Of a stretch of DNA of 64,000 nt, positions 10,850 through 27,839 are shown in pieces. Made by a program: the position numbers and the translations under genes. The stretch is from Klebsormidium nitens. Lineage: Eukaryota; Plantae; Klebsormidiophyceae. Numbering within the stretch: position 1 is the stretch's first letter; each line of letters opens with the position of its first letter. Under the pieces are notes generated by a model that saw nothing but the letters and a program-made list of their open reading frames with translations, was not told where the DNA came from and did no database searches. Where the stretch lies: assembly GCA_000708835.1 (NCBI GenBank), contig DF237162.1, forward strand, positions 62,001-126,000. Direction: 5' to 3'.

Positions 10850-13800
10850 ATGGGTTCCAAAGGGTGCGTCCGCGTGTTGGGGCGAAGGGGAATGAGAGTA
10901 GAAACTGATCTTGCGTCAATCGGTGGCCAGTCTCTGAAGTACAGAAACTGTCTCTTTAAGTATCAACAATTGATCAGCGAGAGACAGTCCTTCAAAACAG
11001 TCCTCAAAGATTTCGAAACAGTGCTCTTTCTGCAGCAATTGAGGAGCCAGCAGTGTCGCTCACAATACTTGGACAGGTCTCAAAGTGCCAATTCCAGGGC
11101 ACACTCTTCAAATTCACACAGCTCTGCCAACAAATTAAGATCAGATGGCGTTACTAGCAAGTTGAACATTGAAAACATCCGGGCTATGAGGGACCCCATC
11201 GAGAAGGCGACACGGTCAGGGTCCAAGAGACAAACAAGTCCGCTTTCTGCTCATACCTTGGAGAGTGACAAGAGGATGGGCATGGATGTTAGAAAGCGTT
11301 GTATGTTGCAAACGCTGTTGGCTGCTGCACTCCTGGTCGCGCCCCTTACTCCGCCCTCCGCTGAGGCACTGCAGATACATGTACGTTCTCAAGACTTCGA
11401 GGCAAGTAGAATCTCTGACTTCAGGCATGCTTCATTGGGTTAGCATTACATTCCCTCCCGGATGCTGATTACTATTGTAGGCTAGAGTTGAGCAACCATG
11501 GGGCACTCAGAGGAGAATGCTGTCTGCAGAAAACATGTCTCCTGTTCAGCTCAAGGCCAATCAACTTTGTTGGTTCGTGAAGCTTGATGAGCAAGCATGG
11601 GGCACTCAAGTAGAATGCTCTGTGTAGAAAACGTCTTCTGTTCAGCTCGAGGCCAATCACTATGTTGATGCAGTTATCAATCTGCTGTTGAAAAGCTTCT
11701 GACTGACCATGAGAAGTAATGTCACCAGGTTGTTCCGGAAGCCAACATCGTTGGTGTCGCAACCAAGGAGGCGGCCAACCTAATAAAGTCTCTTCAGCAC
11801 AACAAGGTGAGGGCTGCTATGTGCTACACCTCCGACCCATGTGAACTAGCTGCTATTGTGGCTCATGGGTGGAGTAGAGTGATCGACAGCAGAATGAGAA
11901 GGCAATGCAAGAGTAGGCACTGAGCCGTGAAGATGTACATGCTAACAGGCATCTATTTGCTTGACTTCTTAGGAAGCTCTTAGAAGGTATTGCTTTGAAA
12001 TGTGTTTCTCTTTCAGCAGCCTTCATTGCACTGTCCGACTGTTTCCTCTGCTGGCTCACATGTGCGCAAAAGCAAGTCAGCCATGCTGGTCAAAAAGTTC
12101 CGACTTGTGCGCAGGTTTCCATCATGAGTACTTACATGATGCATTGTCCGAAAGACAGAAGAGCCCTCACCTAGCAAGGGTAAAGCTTTTGAATCAATTG
12201 GAAGGGCAGATCTCTGAGCCCGTGATTAGGGTGGCGGCAGGGGGGAGAGTAATCTGTCTTGATAAAATGTTTTAACGCTGGCCTCAATTCTTCCCTGCAG
12301 GATTTGGAGAAGGCTGTTGAGCAGATTAAGGTGCAGGTGAGCGTACGAAGCGTTTGCGTCTCGACTAAACGGGAAAGAGCAAACAACTCAATCATAGCTG
12401 TTTTGGAGTTCATGAAGAGCACTGATAGCTCATTCCTCTGATGACTCCGAGTCTGGTTACTAGAATCCTAGAGGAAAGGAATGTGCTCAATACTGTCTCC
12501 TGCAAGGTCCAACTTTGTTCTTCCCATCCCCTTGAAGAAAGATCTTAATTAAATGGCCTGTGATCTCCAAATCTCTTTTGTACAGTCTGCGAACCATTCC
12601 TTCTTCCACGTTGCATATGTACAAGGCCTGAAACCACGTCCGCTCTACAAGGTCATTGCTCTCCTCTTTGTAGGAGACTGACATATTGACTCGCAAAGGA
12701 ACTTGAGTGCACTGCATAAAGCTGCATACTCAACCTGCCTCTAATTCACTCTCTCGGCAGCCCTTGCAACTACTCGTACATTACAGCCCTGGTTACAGAT
12801 TTCTACGAAGTAAGTCATCATGGGAAGTGGCCCCGTTATTCCACAGGAGGCGTATCCACTGCACTGTTCCCATGTCCCAAAATCCTGAAGCCCTACGCCG
12901 CTAACCTCTGCTAACCTCATTTCGTAACCCGTCCCAGGTGCAAGGCATCCTGACCCCCAAGGTGCGCGACATGGTACGCTGCTAACCACCGCTAACCCGA
13001 TTCCTTAACCCGTCCCAGGTGCAAGGCATCCTGACCCCCGAGGTGCGCGACATGGTGCGCCAGGCGCTCCCCTCCCCCAGCGCCATTTCGACTGACATCA
13101 GCTCCGGCATCCAGACCCTCGAAACGAGGACCGAAATGCTCGAGTCTTCTTTCTCATCCTCCATCCAATCCAGCCTCGAATCTGTGAAGACCTCAGCCGA
13201 GCAACTAGCAGCGCGCCTTCCACTGCTAAGAGGCCGTTCTCTGGATTGGCAAAGCTTGGAGGGATCGTTATCGGGCTTGGCCGGGGGGGCGTCAGTGGAT
13301 CCGGAAGTGCAAAGGAACTTGCAGAGCTTGCAGAAAGAGCTAGATAGTCGCGGGAACGAATGGGCGCGGGCATGGCGGGATGGGCTGACGAATCTCCAAA
13401 GTCAGCTGACAGAGCTGCAGGAGAAGGTGAGGAACACCGAGGTGTCAGGTATATGTAGCACTCGGTTGGATGTCGAGCTACCACAAACTTCGGGTTTTGA
13501 GCTTCTTAGGATCGAAGGGGAGGACTTAGACCCAGGCACAGCAGAGACGGCTTACAGGATTGCAGATGTATCCGGCTGAAATGCAAGGTGGCTAAATTGC
13601 AATGAAAAGCGGAAGGATCCATTCAGACACCCGTTGTTTCTGCAGAGTATGCAGAGCATTCTCGTACTAAGAAACTCGCCGCCTCTTGCGACAATCTCTG
13701 CTAATCAAGCCCTTGCCACGAGTGATAAGCACGATGAAACGCATGGTTTTCCTGGTCTTCATGAGCTGGCAAACTGTCAGTACTGATAGCACACGTGGGT

Positions 13801-14634
13801 GATTTGCTAGTAAGCTCAGGCTCAATGTTTTCGATCGTGCTCGGTTCGTTCCGACTTCCTCTGATTATGAGTACTTTGTTAAGACCAACGACTTCTCAAA
13901 CAGCTAGAGCCGTCGTTCTGCCTTCTGAAGCCACTGATTTGCAAGTTCGTTCTCTGCAGACCGCGTCGAGTAACTCCAGCGGAGACCAGCCTGTGCAAAA
14001 CGCCATCAGCAATGCGCAGGACTCAGTTGCTGCGGCCCTGACTAACCTCGGGAACATGGCAGGGGACGTAAGTGTCTAGAGGCGTTTGCTCGTTGCTACA
14101 TATCGGTCGTTGGCGGCTGTCAAAAGTGTACTGTCGGGCTGCTTTGTGAAGCGCTTCCCCCATAATTGTACAGGAAGCATGTCGAAAGAAGTGAGCGGTT
14201 TGTGTAGTTTGTTTTTGCAAGCTGCTGGTTAACGCTATCTGTATGTACACGAAGAGCTTGAAATGAAAGATGTGGCTTCAGCTTTGACACGTATGTTTCT
14301 TATATAGCAGTGTTTGGCATTAGGCCCAATGCTTGATTCGTGACTCGTTTCTTCAATGCAGCTCACTTTCACCCTTATCGAAATCAAGTAACGCGCAATC
14401 CCGCATGTGTAACTTTGTTTGAGAGAATCCTCTTCTGTCGTGCCTCCCGTTGAAGCGCAGAGACACGAGTGGACCATTGCATATATCTAAGAGGCAGATT
14501 GACGACCTTCATTCGGTGGACAAGCAGATGGTTCTCTGCTTTCCTTGATGCAGGCACTAGATTTCATTTCTCTTCGAAGCCCCCTCACGGCTGCAGCTGA
14601 AGCAACAGTGTCGCGGGTCAGTTCCCTTGGATAA
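10850..14634 (+). CDS. Unknown protein with plastid/thylakoid-type bipartite N-terminus and predicted helical/coiled-coil body
   Basis: In-phase GT-AG exons 10850-11380, 11729-11806, 12301-12336, 13019-13426, 13960-14067 and probable last exon 14554-14634. The S/R-rich N-terminus is followed by RKR, a hydrophobic LLAAALLVAPL stretch and an AEA cleavage-like motif. No family recognised. Confidence 0.65.
11490..11662 (+). repeat. ~100-bp imperfect tandem duplication in intron
   Basis: gagcaaccatggggcactcagaggagaatgct...ttcagctcaaggccaatca (~11490-11563) recurs as gagcaagcatggggcactcaagtagaatgct...ttcagctcgaggccaatca (~11590-11660). Confidence 0.8.
12926..13056 (+). repeat. Tandem duplication of a splice acceptor plus exon start
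   Basis: aacccgtcccaggtgcaaggcatcctgacccc(ca/cg)aggtgcgcgacatggt at ~12926-12975 and ~13007-13056. Confidence 0.9.
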
Positions 14635-15849
14635 ACCCAGCAAGCGTTGGTTTGATGTGCACTCTCAAGTCTGAATTGCTGAAGCCCGGAGTCAATCAGC
14701 TTCTTTGTCAATCGCTTGCACTCTAGATGGACTCGCCTCTAAGTCATCTTAAACCCCTGCCGACATTCCTGTTTTTGCAGCTGTTGAACCGTTTCCCCTC
14801 GATCATGTACGTCTAGGTTGCTCATACGCCAAGTTTCCGGAACTCAGTCTGGCTGTAAAGTACTATCGGAGCTCTCGCAATTTTCTAGTCTTTCTGTCCA
14901 TGCCTCTTGAAGTCAAAGGGATCTAAATTTCGACTTCTCGTCATACTTGAACCCTGACGTCAACCCAAGAACCATCTCTGAAACAATCGAGTTGCCCGGA
15001 GTACTCGAACCAGAACATTCCACCTGAATAATGACCCGCTCCGCACCCGAACCCACCCTACTCACCCAATCAACCCTGTCCGTTTCCTAGGCGTGAATCT
15101 CAAGTCAAATGCGTCAAGGAGATCAAGAATCACCAGAGAATCCTCGTCTTGCAGTTGGGACTGTTTGAGCTATGGGGTTTCGTCATCGCGCAAGGGGAGC
15201 GGTTGATTGTCTTGGGACCGGGGCTTGTGTTGCTGGCGACAGGCTGGTGAGCTATTCGCCTCAATCTAGTTGCTCGATTTCTCAGCCACTGTCAGTCTCA
15301 CCCCTTGACTGGTTTCTTGCAGGCGGGAATCGCCCGGCGTTTGTTTCACACTTTACAAAGTGCTTGTCGTTCTGGGACTGCTGTCCGACTTCGTCAACCG
15401 GGCCCCAGATTGCTGTCTTGTGATCAGAAATGTTAACGTTGTCATTTCCTTCTATGCGGCTACTCTTGAACAACATCTGTATTATGTCAGCTAGCGCTTT
15501 GCCTTTGGTTTTAAAGCTTGGAAAGTTGGAATTATCGAAAGAGGCTAGCTTAATATTCAATTCCATTTAGTTTCAAACTTATGTATTATTTTGATTTCTA
15601 GCGCCAGATACCCTCTCGTAAATCCAAGCAGCTTTTCTCGCCCTTCAAAAGCCCATAAAAAGGGGTCTGGAATTACTGTATACGGTCTTTTGGGTACTCC
15701 TAAAGCATCAGACTGACGCTCGCGCAACGCGCTTGTCGCTCAGGAACGCGTTCCGGAGTAGACAACGGGAAAGAAGACGAGAGAGCAAGAGGTGAGCAGC
15801 GACTCTCCTCGACCCTTTGCACAGCGAAGGCGTTTTGCTGGGGTCAACG

Positions 15850-18800
15850 ATGACGAATGTCAAGTGGGCAGTTCTAACGTGCTTAGTCGATGTTCTGTCA
15901 CACCAGGCGCCGAGGCGTCAAAACTTGGTTTTATCAAACGGTCCGATTGTCGGAAAACCAACCAGAAACGAACAGCAAAATGCAAAACTAAGCCCTTGCC
16001 TTGTCAAAGACTGTCCGCTCCAAGATGTGGCTGGCGTTTGGTTTGAGTTGAAAGGGTTGGATTCGCGTCCGCTCATTCATTGCGAACAGGGACAACTGTT
16101 GAAAACAAGTACCTTAAAAGTCGACAATGTAAGAAACATGAATACACGCTCTACTTTTCCAATATATCCCAACGTTGTTTTGGAGCCAGAGTGGGCGATC
16201 TTTGGTTTCGAACTTGGCTTTTGAGCTGACAGGTTCCTTTGATTATCCACTTGCGATCGTCCACAGCTCCCCGTCAAAGTTGCACATTTCTCTCATCTGG
16301 ACGAAGCTAGTACCCCGTGCGTCGAACTCGCCCACTCTCTTTAAGTCAGCCCGGCGCAAATGGTGACGTTTTGACGATCTTTGTTTTTCGCTCTGGCGCC
16401 CCAAGTCGTTCCAGTCCTCGCCCTGACAATCTCGTTTCCCTGACTGCATGCACTTCTCACACCGGCCGACGTCATGCTGATTAAGCGTCAATCAATGTTT
16501 GTATGCTCTCGCTGACGTCACTCTGTGCCACGTGTCGCAGGTTGGCAGGGCCGTCCGCGGCGGTCCGGCTGCGGAGCGCGCGGGTGCAGCGGGAGCTGGT
16601 GAAGCTCCAGGTGAAGGGGCGGCTGTTCGAGGCGGTCCGGCAACTGGGCCGAGTGAGTGCCGATATGGCCAATCTAGACTGTGCCTGCTTCTATTCTCTT
16701 GTCTTTCCACACAACGCGTAGGCAGTCGTTGAGAACGAGCGCAAATTTGCCCTGTTCAAACAACGCTCAATCCTATGGAGATGGAGTCCAAGACCAGCGC
16801 AAAAGGAAGCGGCCGTCACAGGTGGTCGGCGGCTCAGAGGGGCGGTCTGTGTACCTCGAATTCGCCCCCTTATTGCATCTTTTTCGTTTGCGCTCTCCAA
16901 CTGCTGTCCTGCACATATGTTGTGTTCCAAAGCATAAAAAGCGTTACTTGCAGGAGACTTTCAGGAGTTGTTTGGATGGGGCAGAAGACACGCGCTGTTT
17001 TTGGGCGTGTGCTGATAATAGGAAGCAGTATAGCCGCTTCCGATTTGCTTCTTGGATTTACCCAACATACCTTTTCAACAAAGTCCAACTCAAACACAAG
17101 CATCAGAAGGAGCCAAGGTTGGAAGTTCGTTGGTGTTCCTCCCCCCCTTCATGCAAAACTTCGTTTCAAGGAAGAATAAGGAGAGGGCAAAGGCAAGGCG
17201 GGGAGAGGCCAAGGGAATTGAAAGCAAGTCGCCGACGATGTTCTCAAAACGCGGTCGTTCTTGCAGGCGGCGCTGGCCCCTTCCACCAATCCCGCGAGCA
17301 TGTCGACCCGGCAGGACGTCGAGACCCTGATAAAGCAGCTGAAAGATTTGCGGACCGATCCACAGCCGGCGCTGCTGGGGGCGTCCGCGTCGGATCCCTT
17401 CGCCGATCTTTCGCCGGCGCCGGACATCGACGGGAAGTGGGAGCTAGTGTGAGCGCGCGAAACTCTCGAGTCATGAAAATCTTTGAAGCATCTGATCCCG
17501 TGCTGTCAAGAGGGCGCTTTAACCTGGTGAACAAGGAATATGGCCGGACCTCAACTCGAATTGTCCGTCTGTCACTACTCTGACGTGCAACGGAAGGGCT
17601 TGCACAGATTCGCAGATCATCCTTCGCGGACCATTTGTTCGAACGGACGTTGGGAGTATGCGCCTCGCGCATGAGACTTCGGAAGCTTTCACCGCTCTAT
17701 GTACGTCTCAAGCTTCCAAACCCGGGTCTTGCGACCAAGTACTGAAGCAAACCTCTGAGCCGGTTCGTTCCTCCCCGCACTCACTTTTGAGAGCCCCTCG
17801 AACCGCACGGCCTCAAGCTGGGGCAGCTCACCGACCTCCTCCCCGCCTATTCCATTCATTCAACTCAGATTCCGTCATTGATTCCTGAGCCGTTTCGTTA
17901 TTCCGCCCCGCAGTTACTCGTCGGAGCCCTCTAGTAACGCGCGGCCTCAGCCCGGGGCAGCTCACCGACCTCCTCATTGCCTTTCAACCCACTTAAGAAC
18001 TTGTTTCATTTGCGTCCTCTCTAAGCCGGTTCATCCCTCTGTTTTGGCCCCGCACTTACACCTCGGAGCCCCTCGAAACGCGCGGCCTCAGCCCGGGGCA
18101 GCTCACCGACGTCCTCCCTCCCTTTCAACCTTAAGTTCTTTCNNNNNNNNNNNNNNNNNNNNNNNNNNNNNNNNNNNNNNNNNNNNNNNNNNNNNNNNNN
18201 NNNNNNNNNNNNNNNNNNNNNNNNNNNNNNNNNNNNNNNNNNNNNNNNNNNNNNNNNNNNNNNNNNNNNNNNNNNNNNNNNNNNNNNNNNNNNNNNNNNN
18301 NNNNNNNNNNNNNNNNNNNNNNNNNNNNNNNNNNNNNNNNNNNNNNNNNNNNNNNNNNNNNNNNNNNNNNNNNNNNNNNNNNNNNNNNNNNNNNNNNNNN
18401 NNNNNNNNNNNNNNNNNNNNNNNNNNNNNNNNNNNNNNNNNNNNNNNNNNNNNNNNNNNNNNNNNNNNNNNNNNNNNNNNNNNNNNNNNNNNNNNNNNNN
18501 NNNNNNNNNNNNNNNNNNNNNNNNNNNNNNNNNNNNNNNNNNNNNNNNNNNNNNNNNNNNNNNNNNNNNNNNNNNNNNNNNNNNNNNACCGACGTCCTCC
18601 CTCCCTTTCAACCTTAAGTTCTTTCAATCATAAGAGTTCGTAACCAGCCTCTGACCCGGTTTGTTTTTCCGCCCTCGCAGTTACTCCACAGAGCCCCTTG
18701 AAACGCGCGGCCTCAGCCCGGGGCAGCTCACCGACCTCCTCCCCTCCTTCGCCATGGACACCATCCTGCAGCGGGTGACGTCACGGGCGCAGGGCAGTGG

Positions 18801-20002
18801 CGCCACCGGGGTGCCCCAGCCGGCGCCGGTCCGGGTGGCAGAGAACTCAGCGAAAGTAACGTGAGACCCTTCTTCGTCGATTTTGGCCGTGTCTCTTTCA
18901 GTGTAAGACAAGAAATGCGACGAGGAATCCCAGCCAAAGAAACGTGAACCTCATTCCTCGTTGACTGTTTGGGCCGTCTGTGTAGGTTGGGACGCCAAAA
19001 GTGCGGATCCGGCTTGGACGTTTTTGTGTTTGGTCGGCGCTCGTTTGAAGTTTATCATTGTAGCAATCCAAGTCCGATCAGGATCATGTCAGAAAGTCTG
19101 CAGGGGAACAACGAGTGGGGCGTCGTTAGGAACGTGCACCAGTGTTTTGGCCTTCCGCTTCCATCGATCGTCGGAAATTGCCCGAAGCAGGCAACTTCCT
19201 TCTCTCGACGTTGACTACCTTAGTCTCAGCATACGTCTATTCCACCAATATCGACAAGTGATGCTTTTCAGGTACTCCATGCGATTGACAGAATCTTTGT
19301 ATTTCTGCCAAGCGAAGCCACTTTTCACGGGCTTCGCTTCCTTTCAATCTACTTCCCAGGCTCTATGGTCCGCTCAGTGTTAGAGCATCCAGATACTACA
19401 ATACGACGAGCCCAAATGACGTGAGCATGACGGCTATGGAGTTACCTAGTTTTCCAGTGACAGCCCCATGCACCGATATTTGCAGGCTGGGCACTCTAGG
19501 GACGTTCGAGATTTCTGTGCAAGGAATATGGGAGGACCATGATGACGACAGCGCCTCCGTCTCCTTCGAGAGCTTCTCTGCGCAGCCGTTGGAGTTGTTC
19601 GGCCGGAAACTACACGGGGTTCCTCAGGTGAGACAAGCGAGCGTGCTCCCGTGCGGTCAACATCGACAGATATGAGCCGCATTTTTCAAAATGGCATTCG
19701 CGTTTGTCATGCTTCCTTTCTTGATGCTAAGTTTGCAAACGAGTAGCGTCATTCAAGTTGCCTTATTGCGAAAAGGCACATTAAGTCTATGGTTACCGCA
19801 AGAGCAGCAGACGTTTCGATTAGGCAGTTTGGATTGCATCAGTTTGGGAAAACGTTGGAGAATCTCTTTGCAGGTACAGCTACCAGTCCCCGGCCCTCTG
19901 CGTCAGTCGGTTGAGTGGAGCACTGTGTATGTGGACGAAGATACAAGGATTAGTCAGAGTAAGCGAGAGACGTTCTATTTGTTTCGTCGATTGTCTGGAT
20001 GA
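15850..20002 (+). CDS. Plastid lipid-associated protein / fibrillin (PAP_fibrillin domain)
   Basis: Exons: first from ATG 15850 (donor uncertain), 16541-16652, 17267-17448, 18681-18860, 19064-~1914x (donor uncertain), 19486-19627, 19874-20002. Fibrillin hallmarks: DIDGKWELV|YST and C-terminal WSTVYVDEDTRISQSKRETFYLFRR. Confidence 0.8.
17755..18745 (+). repeat. Tandem array (~135-140-bp unit) of fibrillin acceptor/exon-start copies, partly hidden by gap N 18143-18588
   Basis: Core gagcccctcgaaacgcgcggcctcagcccggggcagctcaccgacctcct recurs at ~17795, ~17925, ~18065 and in the functional exon at ~18692. The gap is flanked on both sides by identical accgacgtcctccctccctttcaaccttaagttctttc. Confidence 0.9.
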
Positions 20003-21414
20003 AACGATATACGAACACTATAAGCAAGCCGCATCCTCGCTATTATGATGGCCATTCTTATGGTGAGGCATGATGATGAGACCGAATTGACTGCACTTGT
20101 GGATCAGCCCCGCTCGAGATTATATGCGGAGGCCTTGGGACCTTGCACGGAAATGCAAACAAGTGGCTACACGATGAATCAGCAATCCTTTATGGCCCTC
20201 TTGCCTAATTCAATACTTTGGATCTACTCTCTTTTAAATTCTGGAAACCTCGATCCAAATCGACCCTCTAGCATCCTAGCCAAGTCATGGATGAAGTTGA
20301 AAAGCATGCGCTGAATTCACTTGAGGCGGTGCAGCATTGGACGATGTTGATTTTGTTTTACAAGCCACAGCATGATATGAATTATCCTCGCTGCATAACT
20401 TAGGTAGAGGGGAAAAGAAAGACGGTTTGGTAGGATCGTTCTCGAACACCAGTATAATGGCAGCACGTCACCTAATCTAACTTCGAGGCAATGAAGCTAC
20501 CGGCGCGTACTAGGTACGTACGTACCGTTGCAGACAGTACCAGAATACCGGTTGATGTGGAGTAAACATGCCGTACCGTACGGTACCCACCTGAAAGGAA
20601 TCGTATCATCCTAGGATCCGCTCCGACATGATATCCGCGGTCATCTTCCCCCCCCGTCTGTGTTCGGCCCGGGGGCCGAGCACCGAGCTTTGAAACTTGG
20701 GGCCGACATGGGGTGCAACGGAGCAGTCGGTCCCCAAACACCGGGCAATGCCTCGCTCGGGGGCCACTCAAACAAGCCGGGATCTTTGGCAAAATAATAA
20801 AACGTGGCCCGTCGAACAGAGCGCGTGGTGCGTGTGACTGGAGTCGACAAGTGGCCGGGAAGTGGGAGCGAACCCACAACCTCAGACCAAGTGGATAAAG
20901 TGCTCGCGGCGAAAGAAGATTCGTGGACACCATCGCTCGCCCTACTTTTGAAGGGGGATGCGTTTCCGCAGGGGAGGCGCACCCCCGCCAAAACCAGATT
21001 TCGGGGCTGCTATTTTGCGCTCCGACTTCTGCGAAATGCGCGTTTTGTAATTGGGTGTAAATAAGATGGATCCCAAAATTGCGCGGTACGAACATGCAGA
21101 AAAGTGTACCCCGCGCAGCGGACGCGCCGTCTGAGCAACTCCGAAGATCATCATGTGAGTGTCAAAGCTGACTCAGACAGAGAGAGAGGGGGCGCCGTTC
21201 AACTGCTTCTTCTGCCTCGTCAGCGAGAGAGGAGCGCGATCAGGAAAAAGGGGAGCCATTAGGAGGAGATCAACAATCATGGCGGCATGATGCAGCCGTG
21301 ACGGCAAGGGCAGATAAAGTGATCCGAGTTTGTTTTGAATCTTGTTTTGCAAAGAATACTGAATAGCTTGGAGAGGGGTGAGGTTGAGTGATCAAATCTG
21401 CTGAAGGCATCGCC

Positions 21415-25066
<3,652 letters not shown>

Positions 25067-26276
25067 GCTATTCACAGCCAACCTTAGAGCTGCTCCTATC
25101 CAGAAGCAAGCGTAGAGCTCCTACCCGGAACGAATTTTAGACATCACATTGATGTGGTAGAGAAGCCGTTTTGTCAGCCTCTCATTGAGTGGCGGTCTGT
25201 TGTTTGTGGAGAGTGAGCGCAGGTGTCGTTGCTCAGTGTCCTGAGTCGACAGGTGTTCAAAAGCGCGGTACAGGTTAGCATATAGGGATGTATATAACTA
25301 AGGATAGAGACAAGGAGAGATGCAAGCCCATTGCTTGTTGTACTTTAGGATAGACAGGTCAGAGTCTGAGTCTCAAGTATAGGAAGCTTGAGGTATCCTC
25401 GAGTTTCTCGTCCGTTGATCTGCTCCATGTGCTCCACGGCCATGGTGGCTAAGGGCGTTAATAAATTGGAAGTTACCATCTGCAAACAAACATTGTCTCC
25501 AATGCAATCAAATTGATTATGGTTTCTGCGCATGTTGGAGTTGATAGTAACTTGATACACTCGGATCCTACCACAATTATCTATGCCGTAATGTTCAATT
25601 CTCGGAAATTTGCAGGTATGTTCTAGTAATCTGGTATAGTTGCCATCGTTCTCGACGACGTTGCATGCTGTCACGTAGGTCAACAGTCAAATCTTGACTG
25701 CTGCATGCCCCCTTAAATCGAATCTTGAGGTATGCCCCCACAAAATCAGGTCCTATACTCTTGGTACATTTTGCACTGTGGGCCTGCATGTTGGGTTTGT
25801 CATGCATGCCAGATGCACGATTGATTGCAAACATGTACATGATGCATGCGGCCGCAGCTGGCTAGCCCCGCGCATTGTTCATCTTTTTGCAGAAGGTATA
25901 GTGCGGTGCCGCGGCACCATATACATATAACTCCCATGTGCGAGTGCCGTTTTGGCGGCTAGCGGGGGCACTCGATTACATGCATGCAAGCAAGGAGCTT
26001 AGAAATACACAACAGCGCGGCCGCTGTTCGCCAATATTTGGGCATAATTCTTGACAAATACTTCTGATGTCTATTTAAGTACATACACTCGAGGGAATGG
26101 TCATTGATGTGCCCTGCCCGACCTGCCAGCTGCCTAACAGCACCTACCTATCAACACGGCTCACCAACAATAAGCAGCAAAGCTCAAGTATCGGTCAATT
26201 GCAACAACACCAAACGAAGTCCAGCAGAAGCTCACTGAGCTGTGGAACAAGTATGGACGATGGTCAAGCTTTTATT

Positions 26277-27839
26277 CTATTTCTTCCTGTTTGCCTCTAA
26301 CCATTTCAACATGGCCTTATCAGTCTCCGTCATTTTCTTGGGGTTTTTTGAACCCTGCACTTACAAACAAGAAGAAGGTCACTGGGAGGTTACCGAATGA
26401 CCAAAGTGGGAGTACCAACAGACTATCAACAAGCCATATCGCTGCCACATCCAAGCTTCCTGCACTCCTTTGATCAGGCCAGCAGAGAAACCTAGAAGGC
26501 GTTGCGAATAACCTCTCACAAACACAGACTTACCGTGGTAAACTCAAAGTAGTCAGAAAAGTTTCTTCGGTTGTAATCGTCCAAACGCTGCATTAAACAC
26601 ACAACCTTCTTCAGGCAGTACATGGAACAGTTTCGTGGCGCTAAACGAAGCGAGCACACTCAAATTCAGCAGCCTCCTTGAGCAGCTTGCAACTCATCAC
26701 AAACAACTTTTGCATGACTAGTTCTGCTTTTTTCTCTGTGTTGGAGGAGTCCTAACAGCTGTATCTCCAAATGAGAACTGGGCTCAGGGTCTGCCTCACC
26801 TCCTTATCATACTTTGCCTTGTTCAGTTTCGATCTCTCAAGCATCTCTGCACATACGAATGACCCATTGTGAAGTTGCAAAACACTGTGTGAACTCACAC
26901 TACCACCGCGGCTCTCAATCTGCGCTCTGCACTCAGCCCCAAATAATCTGTTCAAACAGGCGCAAAAGCCCCGCCCTCTGATTGCCATGGGGAGCTCGAA
27001 GATCAATGGTGAGCCAACCAGCAATTCATGCAGTCAACTTCAATCAGAAGCGGACAGTCCAAAGAAACATCCAGAAGCGGACGGGGCCACAAATGTCACT
27101 GGGCATGTATTACAAGGCGTGTGTGATCGGCGTGCTCATGGTGAACCGCCAAGCTGAAGTCAAGTTTTTGACCGATCTCCACAGGTTAGGTGCTCCTGCC
27201 TACAATAGATAAACTTTTCTCATATCCAAGCTCTCTCCAATTCTCCCAGCCGTGAAGGCTACCGGCGAATCCTTCCATGTCTCACAGAATGAAGTCTATA
27301 CCATAAAGGGAAGTAAAACGCCTCGTAGAAACTAACAACCAAAATGTAAACCTTTGTTGGTCAGGACTGCAGGAGGGCTCCCCAAACTTTGATGTCACAG
27401 CATGTCACTCACCTTTCACAATCTCCGGCACCTCTTCTACAGCTGGGGGTTTAACCGGGGCCGCATGCGCCGTGCTCTGATCAGCCACCAATGCAGTCAG
27501 ACTTGAAAAGAAGGCAGCCCCTGCCAAGAGCAACGCTGTCCTTCTTGCAGGAGCATTTATTTCTACTTTCTGCAGCTTGTATTCCGGAGATTCAGAACTA
27601 AGGCACCTTGGAGGGGCCTCCCTTGAACGTTCCGCACGATGCTGTCCCCAGACAATCCTCCGTGTCTGGCGCCCAAAAACGCTGTTACATTGCCGTGCTC
27701 TGACTCCATCAGACGTCCTCCCTGACAACGTTAACATTGCTGGACACCCCTGAATGCCGCTTCCCCCAAGCCCTGTCTGAGCCGCACTTAGCATTGTTCT
27801 GCTGACATCCACCAATTGGACGGCGCTTGCCTGTGCCAT
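26277..27839 (-). CDS. PsaN-domain thylakoid lumen protein (At1g49975-like)
   Basis: Exons 27839-27413, 26846-26800, 26587-26534, 26354-26277, all GT-AG and in phase. The mature part EMLERSKLNKAKYDKERLDDYNRRNFSDYFEF...MTETDKAMLKWLEANRKK matches my recollection of the PsaN-like family. Twin-arginine signal RRTALLLAGAAFF...AHA. Confidence 0.8.

Noticed and set aside
27110-27196. Alternative second exon for the PsaN-like gene (GAPNLWRSVK...)
   Set aside because: The exons at 26846, 26587 and 26354 give a family-like sequence in correct phase. This candidate gives a short sequence with no similarity.
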